Shown here: positions 1 to 9,611 of the stretch, piece by piece
Position numbering within the stretch: the stretch's first letter is position 1
How the letters are laid out: the number at the start of each line of letters is the position of its first letter
The notes under the pieces: model-generated
Database searches by the model: none
Told to the model about the DNA's origin: nothing
The model's input: only the letters and a program-made list of their open reading frames with translations
Program-made: the position numbers and the translations under genes
From: Pyrinomonadaceae bacterium
GTDB taxonomy: Bacteria > Acidobacteriota > Blastocatellia > Pyrinomonadales > Pyrinomonadaceae
Length of the DNA: 30,808 bases
Assembly: GCA_039920205.1 (NCBI GenBank)
Contig: JBDSEC010000038.1
Span: 1-30,808 of the forward strand
Direction of reading: 5' to 3'

Positions 1-1683
1 GCGCGCAATCCGCGCTGGCGGCCGGACGGAAAGGCGATCCTCTTCATCAGCAGCGTCTTTCCCGGCGCGATGAATGACGATGATAATAAACGGCTGGCCA
101 AAGAGAAGAAGGATCGCAAGTACAAAGCCCGCGTTTACGATTCATTCCCGGTGCGAAATTGGGACCGTTGGATCGACGAGATGCAAACGCATGTCGTCGT
201 TCAGGAACTCGGCGACGGCGCGAAGCCCAAAGACCTGCTGGCGGGAACCAAGCTGGAAGCCGAAAAGGGTTTTGGCGGGCGTATCGGCAGTGGCAGTGAC
301 GATATCGACGCGACCTGGTCGCCGGATGGAAGCGCTGTCGTTTTTGTTGCCACCACCGACCGCACTTCGGCGGCGTTTGCCGAAACTACGATTCAGCTTT
401 ATCGCGTCAATGTTTCAGGCGGCGAACCGGAACCATTAACGAAAGAGAACGCAACCTTCGGGCGGCCCACCTTCAGCCCGGACGGCAAGACCCTTTACGC
501 GGTTTATGAACCGTTCGGGCCGAATGTCTACAACCTGACCCGCTTAGCGGCGATCGAAGGCGGTAAACCGCGAGTTTTGACCGCGAGTTTTGACGGTTCG
601 GTGGGCGGGTTTGCGATCGCACCGGACAGTAAGACGATCTATCTGACGGCGGAAGACGCCGGTCATGAAAACGTTTATAAGGTGTCGTCTTCGGGCGGCA
701 GCGTTGCTATGGCCGTCAAGGCGACCGAAGGCTGTTTTACGAACCTGGCGGTGCCGTCCAAGGCGTCAACTTCTGCTCTGTTCCTGAATTGGGACAGCGC
801 AAACCATCCGCCTGAGATCGTCCGGGTCGACGATCCGATTGGCGCCCGCGGCCGGAAATACTTGACCGATTTCAATCAGGACGCTCTGGCGAAGATCGAT
901 ATGGCGCCGGTTCAGCACTTCTGGTTCACCAGTCAGGGGGGTAAGGGCAAGCGCATTCACAACATGTATGTCACCCCGCCGAATTTCGACCCGAATAAGA
1001 AATACCCTTTGCTGGTTGTCATGCACGGCGGCCCGCACAGCCAATGGCGCGATAATTGGGGCCTACGGTGGAATTATCATTTACTAGCCGCACCCGGTTA
1101 TGTGGTGTTGTTAACTAATTACACCGGCTCGACCGGGTTCGGTGAAAAATTCGCGCAGGATATCCAGGGAGATCCGTTTATCACGCCTGCGAACGAGATC
1201 AACGAAGCCGCGGACGAGGCGATCAAGAAATTCCCGTTCATCGACGGTTCACGCCAAGCCGCGGCCGGAGCCAGTTATGGCGGGCATCTCGCCAATTGGC
1301 TCGAAGCGACCACAACGCGTTACAAATGCCTGGTCGCCCACGCGGGCAGCATGAACCTGGAATCACAATGGGGTTCCAGCGATTCGATCTATTCCCGTGA
1401 AAAGAACGCCGGTGGCCCGCCCTGGGAACCGACCAAGACCTGGGCCGAGCAGAATCCGATCCGGATGGCGAAGAATTTCAAGACTCCCATTCTCGTGACG
1501 GTCGGCGAAAACGATTTCCGGGTGCCGCTGAATCAATCGCTGGAAAATTGGGCGGCGCTGCAGCGGATGAAGGTGCCGGGCCGGCTGATCGTATTTCCCG
1601 AAGAGAATCACTGGATCCTCAAAGGCGAGAACGGGCGATTTTATTACACCGAGCTTTATGCGTGGCTGAAGAAGTGGTTGTAG
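1..1683 (+). CDS. S9 family (prolyl oligopeptidase / acylaminoacyl-peptidase-like) serine peptidase, 5' truncated by window edge
   Basis: Frame is open from base 1 (ARNPRWRPDGK...). PD40/WD40-like WSPDG and FSPDG repeats, VMHGGPH, nucleophile elbow GASYGG, catalytic Asp in DFRVP and His in ENHWIL. Confidence 0.93.
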   Translation, partial: ARNPRWRPDGKAILFISSVFPGAMNDDDNKRLAKEKKDRKYKARVYDSFPVRNWDRWIDEMQTHVVVQELGDGAKPKDLLAGTKLEAEKGFGGRIGSGSDDIDATWSPDGSAVVFVATTDRTSAAFAETTIQLYRVNVSGGEPEPLTKENATFGRPTFSPDGKTLYAVYEPFGPNVYNLTRLAAIEGGKPRVLTASFDGSVGGFAIAPDSKTIYLTAEDAGHENVYKVSSSGGSVAMAVKATEGCFTNLAVPSKASTSALFLNWDSANHPPEIVRVDDPIGARGRKYLTDFNQDALAKIDMAPVQHFWFTSQGGKGKRIHNMYVTPPNFDPNKKYPLLVVMHGGPHSQWRDNWGLRWNYHLLAAPGYVVLLTNYTGSTGFGEKFAQDIQGDPFITPANEINEAADEAIKKFPFIDGSRQAAAGASYGGHLANWLEATTTRYKCLVAHAGSMNLESQWGSSDSIYSREKNAGGPPWEPTKTWAEQNPIRMAKNFKTPILVTVGENDFRVPLNQSLENWAALQRMKVPGRLIVFPEENHWILKGENGRFYYTELYAWLKKWL

Positions 1684-1695
1684 GCCGAAGCGGCC

Positions 1696-1768
1696 GGGGT
1701 CAGGAGCCCGGGGTCAGGAGCCCGGGGCCGAGAGCCGGGGGCCGGGCGCCGGGGGTCAGGAGCCGGGG
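1696..1768 (+). repeat. G-rich heptamer-periodic tandem array (GGGGTCA/GGAGCCC alternation)
   Basis: Ten consecutive 7-nt units read directly: ggggtca ggagccc ggggtca ggagccc ggggccg agagccg ggggccg ggcgccg ggggtca ggagccg. Confidence 0.85.
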
Positions 1769-1859
1769 AGGTCAGTACCACCTGCGATAGAGGGTGGGTT
1801 AGCTCACCAACGGATACGCTGGGCACTTGCACGGAATTGACCCTCTGATTGGGTTTCAG

Positions 1860-2366
1860 ATGCGCGAAAAGAGTTTTCAGATAAGACGGGCGGAATTCGG
1901 AGACGAGCCCCTTTTACGCAAGATCCGGATCGAGGCACTCGCGGATGCCCCCGAGGCTTTTGGATCGACTCTCGATCGTGAGCGAGCCCGCACTCTAACT
2001 GATTGGCAGAAATGGATATCGCCGAGCGCCACCTTTGTGCTCGAGACCGGATCCGGTCCACAGGGGATCGCCGCTGGGGTTCCCGATTCGACCGACCCAG
2101 CGGTCGTGCATCTGATGGCGATGTGGGTTCATCCAGAACGCCGCGGATCAGGTGCAGCCGGGGCATTGGTGAAAGCGGTGCTGGATTGGGCGGAAGGACG
2201 GGGAGCAAGCTCGGTCCGCCTGGACGTCATGCACGGCAATGAACCCGCGCGGAAGCTCTACGAGAAATGTGGTTTCACTGCCACGGGCCATTTCACTTTG
2301 AGGCCGCGCGATGGTGCTCGCGAAGTTCGGATGGAGCGTCACGTTGGCGTCACTTCGCCGAGCTAG
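1860..2366 (+). CDS. GNAT family N-acetyltransferase
   Basis: HLMAMWVHPERRGSGAAGAL acetyl-CoA motif A and NEPARKLYEKCGF motif B. ATG at 1860 preferred over TTG at 1827. Confidence 0.9.
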   Translation: MREKSFQIRRAEFGDEPLLRKIRIEALADAPEAFGSTLDRERARTLTDWQKWISPSATFVLETGSGPQGIAAGVPDSTDPAVVHLMAMWVHPERRGSGAAGALVKAVLDWAEGRGASSVRLDVMHGNEPARKLYEKCGFTATGHFTLRPRDGAREVRMERHVGVTSPS

Positions 2367-2393
2367 TCGCACGTGTAACACGATGTTTTATGC

Positions 2394-2422
2394 TTGACTT
2401 CTTATTTGTGGCGGGCTAAATT
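2394..2422 (+). promoter_or_regulatory. sigma70-type promoter (P1), target unclear
   Basis: TTGACT (2394-2399), 17-bp spacer, TAAATT (2417-2422). Confidence 0.55.
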
Positions 2423-2542
2423 AATGCCGCTCGATTCCTCTTATCGCGAAGGGCCTTTACCGCCGTTTACCCGCGGTTGGAACCTCAATCGTGATGATCA
2501 TTTCTAAACCTGGCAAATTCAATCGAACGTTTGCGTTATCGA

Positions 2543-2562
2543 TGATAATGAGTGAATTATCA
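2543..2562. promoter_or_regulatory. Palindromic operator-like site resembling a Fur box
   Basis: TGATAAT-gagtga-ATTATCA perfect 7-bp inverted repeat. The spacer is one base shorter than in the classical 19-bp Fur box. Confidence 0.35.
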
Positions 2563-2778
2563 AATTGCGTTTTCGTCACCTTAGCGGCATGTGCCAAGCC
2601 TGGAAATGGCGTTTTGCTGGGTAATTCGATTTTCAGATTGTATCGTTTCAATGCAAAGGGAGCGAAAAAAACAATTCGGTCGCGATCGGGCGCGAAGCGC
2701 CGCTTGGCTGAAGAGTTAGACGGGTGAAGGGGTGAAAGGGTGAAGGGATGACGAAGAGAACAGCTTTTCTCTTTTCAG

Positions 2779-2808
2779 ATCCGCGTTAATCCGCGCAGAT
2801 CCGCGGCT
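2779..2808 (+). repeat. 10-bp periodic ATCCGCG repeat (3 copies)
   Basis: atccgcgtta atccgcgcag atccgcggct. Confidence 0.6.
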
Positions 2809-2855
2809 AATTGTTCTTAACTGTGTGCTCAAAAGACTCGGTTTTTGGCGCAAAT

Positions 2856-2884
2856 TTGACGATTTCAACTAAGAGTCTTAGAAT
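2856..2884 (+). promoter_or_regulatory. sigma70-type promoter of acnA (P2)
   Basis: TTGACG (2856-2861), 17-bp spacer, TAGAAT (2879-2884), about 100 bp upstream of the acnA ATG. Confidence 0.75.
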
Positions 2885-2985
2885 TGATGTTTGCTGCTAC
2901 TCGTTGATTCTTTTACCGTCGATCATCTTTACCGCCCGCAACCAGCCGGCGCGGAATTCGCCCTACAGGACAGGTTCAAATTTTA

Positions 2986-5886
2986 ATGCCACATAATCTA
3001 TTCGATACTCTACAAACCTTTAGCACCGGCTCTGGTACGACCGGGCAATACTATTCGTTGCCGCAATTGGAAGCGGCCGGCGTAGGACCGATCTCGCGGT
3101 TGCCGGTCAGCATTCGCGTCGTGTTGGAATCGGTGCTGCGTAATTACGACGAGAAGAAGGTGCGCAAGGTTGACGTACGGAACCTAGCCAACTGGACCGC
3201 CACGGGCGAGCGCACCGAAGAGATCCCTTTCATAGTCGCGCGCGTGCTGTTGCAGGATTTTACCGGTGTACCACTGTTGGTCGATCTGGCGGCAATGCGA
3301 TCCGCGGTCCAGCGTTTGGGCCGCGACACGTCGATCATTGAGCCGTTGGTGCCGGTCGATCTGGTCATTGACCACTCGGTACAGGTCGATTTCTCGAGCA
3401 CGTCCGATGCGTTCCAGCGCAACATGGAGATGGAGTTCAAGCGGAATACCTCGCGCTATCAATTCCTAAAATGGGGCATGCAGGCGTTCGATGGATTTGG
3501 CGTGGTCCCGCCGGGCATAGGCATTGTTCACCAAGTCAATTTGGAGTATCTGGCGCGCGGCGTTTGGGAAAAGGACGGCGTCAATTACCCGGATACCTTG
3601 GTCGGAACCGATTCGCATACGACGATGATCAACGGCCTGGGCATCGTCGCTTGGGGCGTGGGCGGGATCGAGGCCGAAGCCGGCATGTTGGGCCAACCGG
3701 TCTATTTCCTGACCCCGGATGTGATCGGCGTGAATCTAACCGGTCGGATCAACGAGGGTGTGACTGCCACCGACGTCGTGTTGCGCGTCACCGAGATGTT
3801 GCGTGCGGCCAAGGTGGTCGGAAAGTTCGTCGAATTCCACGGCGAAGGCGCGTCGTCGTTGCCCGCCACGGATCGTTCGACCATCGCCAATATGGCGCCG
3901 GAGTACGGTGCAACGATGGGATTCTTCCCGGTCGATGAAAAGACTTTGGAGTATTTCGCCGCCACCGGCCGCACGGACGAGCAGATCGACACCATCGAAA
4001 ACTATTATCGCGCGCAAGAGATGTTCGGAATTCCGACCGCTGGACAGTGCGATTACACCGCGGTCATTGACTTGGATCTGGCGGACATTCGCCCCAGCGT
4101 GGCTGGCCCCAAGCGGCCACAAGACCGCATTGAGTTGACGGACCTGAAGGACAAGTTTACGGAACTGTTTCACAAGCCGCTGAACCAAAGCGGCTACGCC
4201 CGCGGTGCGGAAGAATTGGGCCAGCGCTTTCATGCTAAAATGGGCGCGCGAAAGGGTGTTTACACGCCTGCGTTTGTTAGCGGTGGTGGCGATCAATCTC
4301 ACAAAAGCATACCGTTGCCGGTTTTAAATGAAACCAGCCAAGCGAACACCAACACTACGTCCGAGATCGAAATGATGAACAACCGGCCGACCCCCGACCG
4401 GGTCGAGGACATCATCGCCGAAGAGTTTCCCGTGATCGATGTCGAGGTAGGCCACGGCGATGTGTTGATCGCCGCGATCACTTCATGCACCAACACTTCG
4501 AACCCGAGCGTCATGTTGGCCGCGGGATTGCTGGCCAAGAAAGCGGTCGAGCGCGGGTTGAAAGTTAATCCGGCGGTCAAGACCTCGCTGGCGCCTGGTT
4601 CCCGCGTCGTGACGGAGTATTTAGAAAAGGCCGGTCTGCAGGAATCACTGAACGCCGTCGGCTTTAACTTGGTCGGTTATGGCTGCACGACCTGTATTGG
4701 TAACAGCGGACCGCTCGATCCCGGTATCGAAAAAGCCATCACGGACAATGACATCATCGCCGCCAGCGTGCTTTCTGGTAACCGCAATTTCGAAGCCCGG
4801 GTGCATCAAAACATCAAAGCCAATTTCTTGATGTCGCCGCCGTTGGTCGTTGCTTTTGCCTTGGCTGGCCGGGTGAACATTGATCTGACCAGCGAACCGT
4901 TGGGTAACGACACGGAAGGGAAGCCCGTTTACTTGCGCGAGATCTGGCCGACGCTTGATGAAGTGGGCGAGGTGCTGGGCACCGCCTTCGACCCCGAAAC
5001 TTATCGCGCGCTTTATCACGACTTCGCTGGACAGAATCCGCTTTGGAACGAGATTCCCACCACCGTTGGTGATGTGTACGCGTGGGATCTGCAATCCACC
5101 TATATTCAAGAGCCGCCCTATTTCGACAAGTTCGGCATGAATGCCGGAACGTTCTCGGATGTTAAGGGCGCTCGGCCGCTGGCGATCTTTGGCGATTCGG
5201 TTACGACCGATCACATTAGTCCGGCGGGGTCGATAAAGCCAAGTTCACCGGCAGGTATGTACCTTCAAGATAAAGGCGTGGCGATCGAAGATTTCAATTC
5301 CTACGGCTCGCGCCGCGGTAATCATCAGGTCATGTTGCGTGGTACTTTCGCCAACGTTCGGATCAAGAATCTGATGGCGCCCGGCACTGAAGGCGGCGTG
5401 ACGATCCATCAACCCGATGGCGAACAGATGAGCATCTATGATGCGTCGGTAAAGTATCAGGCCGCGCATACGCCGTTGATGGTCTTTGCCGGAACGGAAT
5501 ATGGCACGGGCAGTTCGCGCGACTGGGCGGCTAAGGGAACCAGCCTGCTGGGCGTCGCCGCCGTGATCGCGCAGAGCTTTGAGCGCATTCACCGCAGTAA
5601 TTTGGTCGGCATGGGCGTGTTGCCGTGTCAGTTCAAGGATGACGTGAATGCTGAATCGCTCGGGCTGGAAGGAACGGAAACGTTCGATCTCGTCGGGCTT
5701 GAGACTAGTGCAGTACGGCCCCGACAGGATGTCACTCTGGTAGTCCATCGGGCGGATGGGACGACCGAACAGGTGCCGGTGACGCTTCGTATCGATACGC
5801 CGATCGAGGTGGAGTATTATCAACACGGCGGGATCTTGCCGTTCGTGCTGCGGCAATTACTTTCGGCGCAGTCGGCAACAGCGTGA
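2986..5886 (+). CDS. acnA: Aconitate hydratase A (AcnA/IRP1 family), 966 aa
   Basis: [27 protein letters not shown], Fe-S ligands [10 protein letters not shown] and [38 protein letters not shown]. Confidence 0.98.
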   Translation: MPHNLFDTLQTFSTGSGTTGQYYSLPQLEAAGVGPISRLPVSIRVVLESVLRNYDEKKVRKVDVRNLANWTATGERTEEIPFIVARVLLQDFTGVPLLVDLAAMRSAVQRLGRDTSIIEPLVPVDLVIDHSVQVDFSSTSDAFQRNMEMEFKRNTSRYQFLKWGMQAFDGFGVVPPGIGIVHQVNLEYLARGVWEKDGVNYPDTLVGTDSHTTMINGLGIVAWGVGGIEAEAGMLGQPVYFLTPDVIGVNLTGRINEGVTATDVVLRVTEMLRAAKVVGKFVEFHGEGASSLPATDRSTIANMAPEYGATMGFFPVDEKTLEYFAATGRTDEQIDTIENYYRAQEMFGIPTAGQCDYTAVIDLDLADIRPSVAGPKRPQDRIELTDLKDKFTELFHKPLNQSGYARGAEELGQRFHAKMGARKGVYTPAFVSGGGDQSHKSIPLPVLNETSQANTNTTSEIEMMNNRPTPDRVEDIIAEEFPVIDVEVGHGDVLIAAITSCTNTSNPSVMLAAGLLAKKAVERGLKVNPAVKTSLAPGSRVVTEYLEKAGLQESLNAVGFNLVGYGCTTCIGNSGPLDPGIEKAITDNDIIAASVLSGNRNFEARVHQNIKANFLMSPPLVVAFALAGRVNIDLTSEPLGNDTEGKPVYLREIWPTLDEVGEVLGTAFDPETYRALYHDFAGQNPLWNEIPTTVGDVYAWDLQSTYIQEPPYFDKFGMNAGTFSDVKGARPLAIFGDSVTTDHISPAGSIKPSSPAGMYLQDKGVAIEDFNSYGSRRGNHQVMLRGTFANVRIKNLMAPGTEGGVTIHQPDGEQMSIYDASVKYQAAHTPLMVFAGTEYGTGSSRDWAAKGTSLLGVAAVIAQSFERIHRSNLVGMGVLPCQFKDDVNAESLGLEGTETFDLVGLETSAVRPRQDVTLVVHRADGTTEQVPVTLRIDTPIEVEYYQHGGILPFVLRQLLSAQSATA

Positions 5887-6866
5887 ATATCTTCCGGCTT
5901 GAAGCCGGTAAAGTATGCAGTTTGATCGTGATCAGAAACCGGCCTAGGTCATTTGCGGTTCTTATGGCGGTGATATTTGTCATTGGCGCCAATACTTCGA
6001 CACCTGGATTCGGTGTTTATGAGTCTTCCGCCCAGACTAGGAGACGGGCAGTCAGATCCACGCATGCGGAGAGACGCGACTCACGCCCGCCTATCTGTCG
6101 AGAGCAAGATCCGGCACCGGCAACGGGTAATATGATCGCGGTCGCCCTTCCGCACGGTCTGTCGTTGGAACTGGTCAAGATCCCCGCGGGGAGCTTTTGC
6201 ATGGGGTCGCTCGAAGGTGATTCCGCAGCCGGCGATAACGAAATGCCCCGACATCGGGTAGAGATTACGCGGGAGTTTTTCCTCGGACGGTTCGAAATTA
6301 CGCAGGCTCAATGGAATGCGGTGATGGGCACAAACCCCTCACATTTCAAAGATTGCCCGCAATGCCCGGTCGAAATGATCTCGTGGAGAGATGCCACCAC
6401 ATTTGTGGCTAAGTTAAACGCCAGACAACGCAAATACCGCTTTCGACTGCCTACTGAGGCGGAATGGGAATACGCGACCCGAGCCGGCAGCCAGGCCAAC
6501 TTCGCTTACGGCGACACCTTGTCGTCGACTCAAGCTAACTTTGACGGAAACTTTCCGTTTGGGAACGTCGCCCAGGGCCGCTTTCTGAAACGGACGGCGG
6601 AGGTAGGCGGCTATCCGCCCAACCAGTGGGGCCTCTACGATATTCATGGAAATGTGTGGGAATGGTGCAGCGACTACTTTGGACAATACCGCAATCGGGT
6701 TCAACGTGATCCTAAAGGCCCGGCCACGGGCCGATCGCATGTGCTGCGCGGCGGTTCCTGGTTCGTGAATGCCGTGAACGCGCGATCCGCCACACGGCAT
6801 AATCTTGCTGCGGATCAGAGGAACCCGAATAATGGAATGCGGATCGCGGCGGAGAAGCGGCCGTGA
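5883..6866 (+). CDS. FGE-sulfatase (SUMF1/EgtB/PvdO-like) domain protein with N-terminal hydrophobic segment
   Basis: [50 protein letters not shown]. Start overlaps the acnA stop (GTGA); the true start is uncertain. Confidence 0.88.
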   Translation: MNIFRLEAGKVCSLIVIRNRPRSFAVLMAVIFVIGANTSTPGFGVYESSAQTRRRAVRSTHAERRDSRPPICREQDPAPATGNMIAVALPHGLSLELVKIPAGSFCMGSLEGDSAAGDNEMPRHRVEITREFFLGRFEITQAQWNAVMGTNPSHFKDCPQCPVEMISWRDATTFVAKLNARQRKYRFRLPTEAEWEYATRAGSQANFAYGDTLSSTQANFDGNFPFGNVAQGRFLKRTAEVGGYPPNQWGLYDIHGNVWEWCSDYFGQYRNRVQRDPKGPATGRSHVLRGGSWFVNAVNARSATRHNLAADQRNPNNGMRIAAEKRP

Positions 6867-6941
6867 CGACCGGCAATATTGATACGCTTTTGGGAATTTT
6901 GCATCCGTCTAAGTAGAGCTTTTATCATTTGTTGAGACGAA

Positions 6942-7157
6942 ATGGATAGGGAACATGTTGCAATAGGGATCAGGGGGGTGGGAAGGAACGATTTCAAGCG
7001 ACATCAGCAGCTGATGCGACAACACCGTATCCGGTTCGCAATTTGGCAACACAAGTGGCAGGATGAGATCCGTGAAATCGATCGGAAGCACAAACACTTG
7101 GATGATTTGTTCTCTGATCTTATAAAACGCTTCCCCTGGTTGGGTAATCAGGGCTGA
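6942..7157 (+). CDS. Hypothetical 71-aa protein
   Basis: ATG-initiated, same strand as neighbours, fills the intergenic gap, helical charged composition. No family recognised. Confidence 0.4.
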   Translation: MDREHVAIGIRGVGRNDFKRHQQLMRQHRIRFAIWQHKWQDEIREIDRKHKHLDDLFSDLIKRFPWLGNQG

Positions 7158-7213
7158 AGCCAAAAGGAAAGAACGTTTTCTAGTTGCGGCTGAAGCCCGA
7201 TGAAAAAGCGTCC

Positions 7214-7235
7214 GCCACTAGCTGAAGCTAGTGGC
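7214..7235. repeat. REP-like perfect hairpin
   Basis: GCCACTAGC-TGAA-GCTAGTGGC, with two nearby GGCTGAAGCC words (about 7151 and 7188). Confidence 0.55.
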
Positions 7236-7313
7236 AATTTATGGAGATCAACGCGAATCAGCGGCGACCTTTGAGGTCATTCGTTACGTTACTAAATTAA
7301 AAGGATTATTCCA

Positions 7314-8822
7314 GTGTCATCTGTACAACCAACACCAAAAGAATCACCGCGCAAATATCAGCTGCTGATCGACGGACAATGGGTCGATGCCGCGTCGGGC
7401 AAGACCTTTGTCACACCCAACCCTGCCACCGGGCAGCCGCTGGCGGAAGTGGCGGAAGCGGACGCCGAGGATGTTGACCGCGCCGTAGCGGCGGCGCGCA
7501 AAGCGTTCGAAGGTCCGTGGTCAAAGATCAGCGCCCGTGAACGCGGTCGCAAGATCTACAAATTGGCGCAATTGTTGGAAGCCAAAACCAAAGAGATCGC
7601 CGAGCTCGAGACTTCCGATAATGGAAAGCCGATCAAGGAATCGCTCTACTTTGACGTACCCAGCGCGGTTGAGAATTTCGAATATTTCGCCGGTTGGGCG
7701 ACCAAGATAGAAGGCGAGACCATCCCCGTCCCCGGTCAGTTCTTTAACTACACTCTGCGCGAACCGCTGGGCGTGTGCGGACAGATCATACCGTGGAATT
7801 TTCCCTTGTTGATGGCGGCTTGGAAATTGGCGCCGGCGCTGGCGGCGGGCAACACCATCGTTTTGAAGCCGGCGGAACAGACTCCGGTCACGGCCATGGA
7901 GTTGGGCCAACTGATATTGGAGGCTGGTATTCCCGATGGCGTAGTGAATATCGTTCCGGGGTTTGGCCCGACGGCCGGCGCGGCGTTGGCCGGGCATCCG
8001 GGCATCGACAAAATAGCGTTCACCGGCTCGACTGAGATCGGTAAGGTGATCGCCCACGCGGCGGCGAACAACCTGACCAAGGTCTCACTGGAACTTGGCG
8101 GCAAATCCCCCAACGTCGTTTTCGCCGATGCCAATTTGGACCAAGCAGTGAACGCCACCATGATGGGCATCTTCTTTAATCAAGGACAGATCTGCTGCGC
8201 CGGTTCACGCGTCTTTTTGCAGGAAGAGATCAAGGATGAATTCCTTTCGCGTTTATCGGAAACGGCCGCCAAGATCCGTATTGGCGATCCGTCGAATAAA
8301 GACACGCAAATGGGGCCGCAGGTCTCATCCGAACAGTTAGACCGCGTAAAATCGTACACCGACATTGCGCGGGGCGAAGGCGCGACGGTGATGATCGGCG
8401 GCGAATGCCCGGCGATGGAGGGCGATCTGGCCGGTGGGTACTTTTTTCAGCCGACCATCTTTTCAGAAGTCAAAAATGACATGCGCGTCGCACGCGAAGA
8501 GATCTTCGGGCCGGTGGTCAGTGTTATCTCGTTCAGTGACGAAGCCGATCTGCTGCGTCAAGCGAACGACTCGATCTATGGTTTGGCCGCGGGAATTTTT
8601 ACCCGCGACATTGTTCGGGCACACAGATTTGCTCGTGATGTTAAGGCCGGCGTGGTCTGGATCAATACCTGGAACATGTTTAATGCGGCTTCGCCATTTG
8701 GCGGATACAAGCAGTCCGGCTATGGCCGCGAGATGGGCCACCACGCGATCGACCTTTACACGCAAACCAAAAGCGTCTGGGTAGATCTCTCTGATCGGCC
8801 GGGGGGATGGTACGGGAAATAA
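7314..8822 (+). CDS. NAD-dependent aldehyde dehydrogenase
   Basis: IIPWNFP, LKPAEQTP, FTGSTEIG, catalytic Glu in LELGGKSP, catalytic Cys in GQICCAGSR, EEIFGPV, FGGYKQSG. Confidence 0.96.
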   Translation: MSSVQPTPKESPRKYQLLIDGQWVDAASGKTFVTPNPATGQPLAEVAEADAEDVDRAVAAARKAFEGPWSKISARERGRKIYKLAQLLEAKTKEIAELETSDNGKPIKESLYFDVPSAVENFEYFAGWATKIEGETIPVPGQFFNYTLREPLGVCGQIIPWNFPLLMAAWKLAPALAAGNTIVLKPAEQTPVTAMELGQLILEAGIPDGVVNIVPGFGPTAGAALAGHPGIDKIAFTGSTEIGKVIAHAAANNLTKVSLELGGKSPNVVFADANLDQAVNATMMGIFFNQGQICCAGSRVFLQEEIKDEFLSRLSETAAKIRIGDPSNKDTQMGPQVSSEQLDRVKSYTDIARGEGATVMIGGECPAMEGDLAGGYFFQPTIFSEVKNDMRVAREEIFGPVVSVISFSDEADLLRQANDSIYGLAAGIFTRDIVRAHRFARDVKAGVVWINTWNMFNAASPFGGYKQSGYGREMGHHAIDLYTQTKSVWVDLSDRPGGWYGK

Positions 8823-8926
8823 TGGATAATGGATAATGGACAATGGGAAATGGTTAATGGCTAATGGATGGAGTCACGGCAAATTCTTCATTATCCATTG
8901 TCCATTATCCATTCTCCATTGTTTTT
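8821..8926 (+). repeat. Inverted heptamer arrays (AATGGAN)x7 and (ATTNTCC)x4, probable terminator of the ALDH gene
   Basis: Seven AATGG(A/G/T/C)N units at 8821-8869, complementary units at 8890-8921, then TTTTT. Confidence 0.8.
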
Positions 8927-8970
8927 CTCTCCCTTTTTCGTCAGTTTGGTAAATTAAGGAGAGAGTTACA

Positions 8971-9321
8971 ATGCAAATGAAGTCGATAAGTTTGGGCCTG
9001 ATCCTCCTCGCGGGCGCTCTGATGTTGACGGCGTGCCCTAGCCGCACCACCATATCGAAGATCAACGCCGATCCGGGCCGGTATCACAATAAGGAAGTCG
9101 CGGTCGTGGGTCGCGTGACCAACAGTTACGGGATCCTCGACCGTGGCGTTTACGAGATTGACGACGGCACCGGCCGCATGTGGGTCGTGACCACGCGCGG
9201 AGTTCCGTCGAAAGGAACCCGGGTCGGTGTGAAAGGTTATGTCTACCCATCGCTGAATGTCGGTATCAAGAATTTCGGCGTCGGAATGGAAGAGACCGAC
9301 CGGCGCACGGAAGGCAATTAG
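8971..9321 (+). CDS. Small lipoprotein, OB-fold-like
   Basis: AGGAGAG RBS, signal peptide with lipobox LTAC, EVAVVGRVT...YEIDDGTGRMWVV pattern typical of extracytoplasmic OB folds. Confidence 0.8.
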   Translation: MQMKSISLGLILLAGALMLTACPSRTTISKINADPGRYHNKEVAVVGRVTNSYGILDRGVYEIDDGTGRMWVVTTRGVPSKGTRVGVKGYVYPSLNVGIKNFGVGMEETDRRTEGN

Positions 9322-9416
9322 GCTCAGCCGATCCCTGTTTGTTTAGGGGTGCAAATAAAAGAGCGAGTTTGTTGTTATCATTAGAGGTGGATGTCTTGCG
9401 CTGAAGTCGAGTGTTT

Positions 9417-9507
9417 GTAGCCCCGCCATCAGGCGGAATCGTTATTAACCGGCTCGTTCCATTCATTAAGACATTTACTGAACGGTTCCGCCTGAAGGCG
9501 GGGCTAC
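9417..9507. repeat. GTAG-family REP doublet in inverted orientation (REPIN-like)
   Basis: GTAGCCCCGCCATCAGGCGGA (9417-9437) versus the reverse complement of 9487-9507, GTAGCCCCGCCTTCAGGCGGA: 20 of 21 identical. Confidence 0.8.
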
Positions 9508-9611
9508 GAGCGCGGGCTTAACTTCACCATCTCGAACTTTTCGCTGCACCCAGCTAAGCAGCGCGGCTCGCCGGCACTTTAGATGCGGGCGAGCCGCAAT
9601 TCTATTATCAA

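Noticed and set aside
2457-2727. Small ORFs 2457-2651 (-) and 2491-2727 (+) upstream of acnA
   Set aside because: Non-ATG starts, no RBS, mutually antisense, no recognisable family. They cannot be excluded but are not supportable.
5883-6866. Calling this a true formylglycine-generating enzyme
   Set aside because: The catalytic Cys pair after RGGS is absent and no sulfatase gene is nearby.
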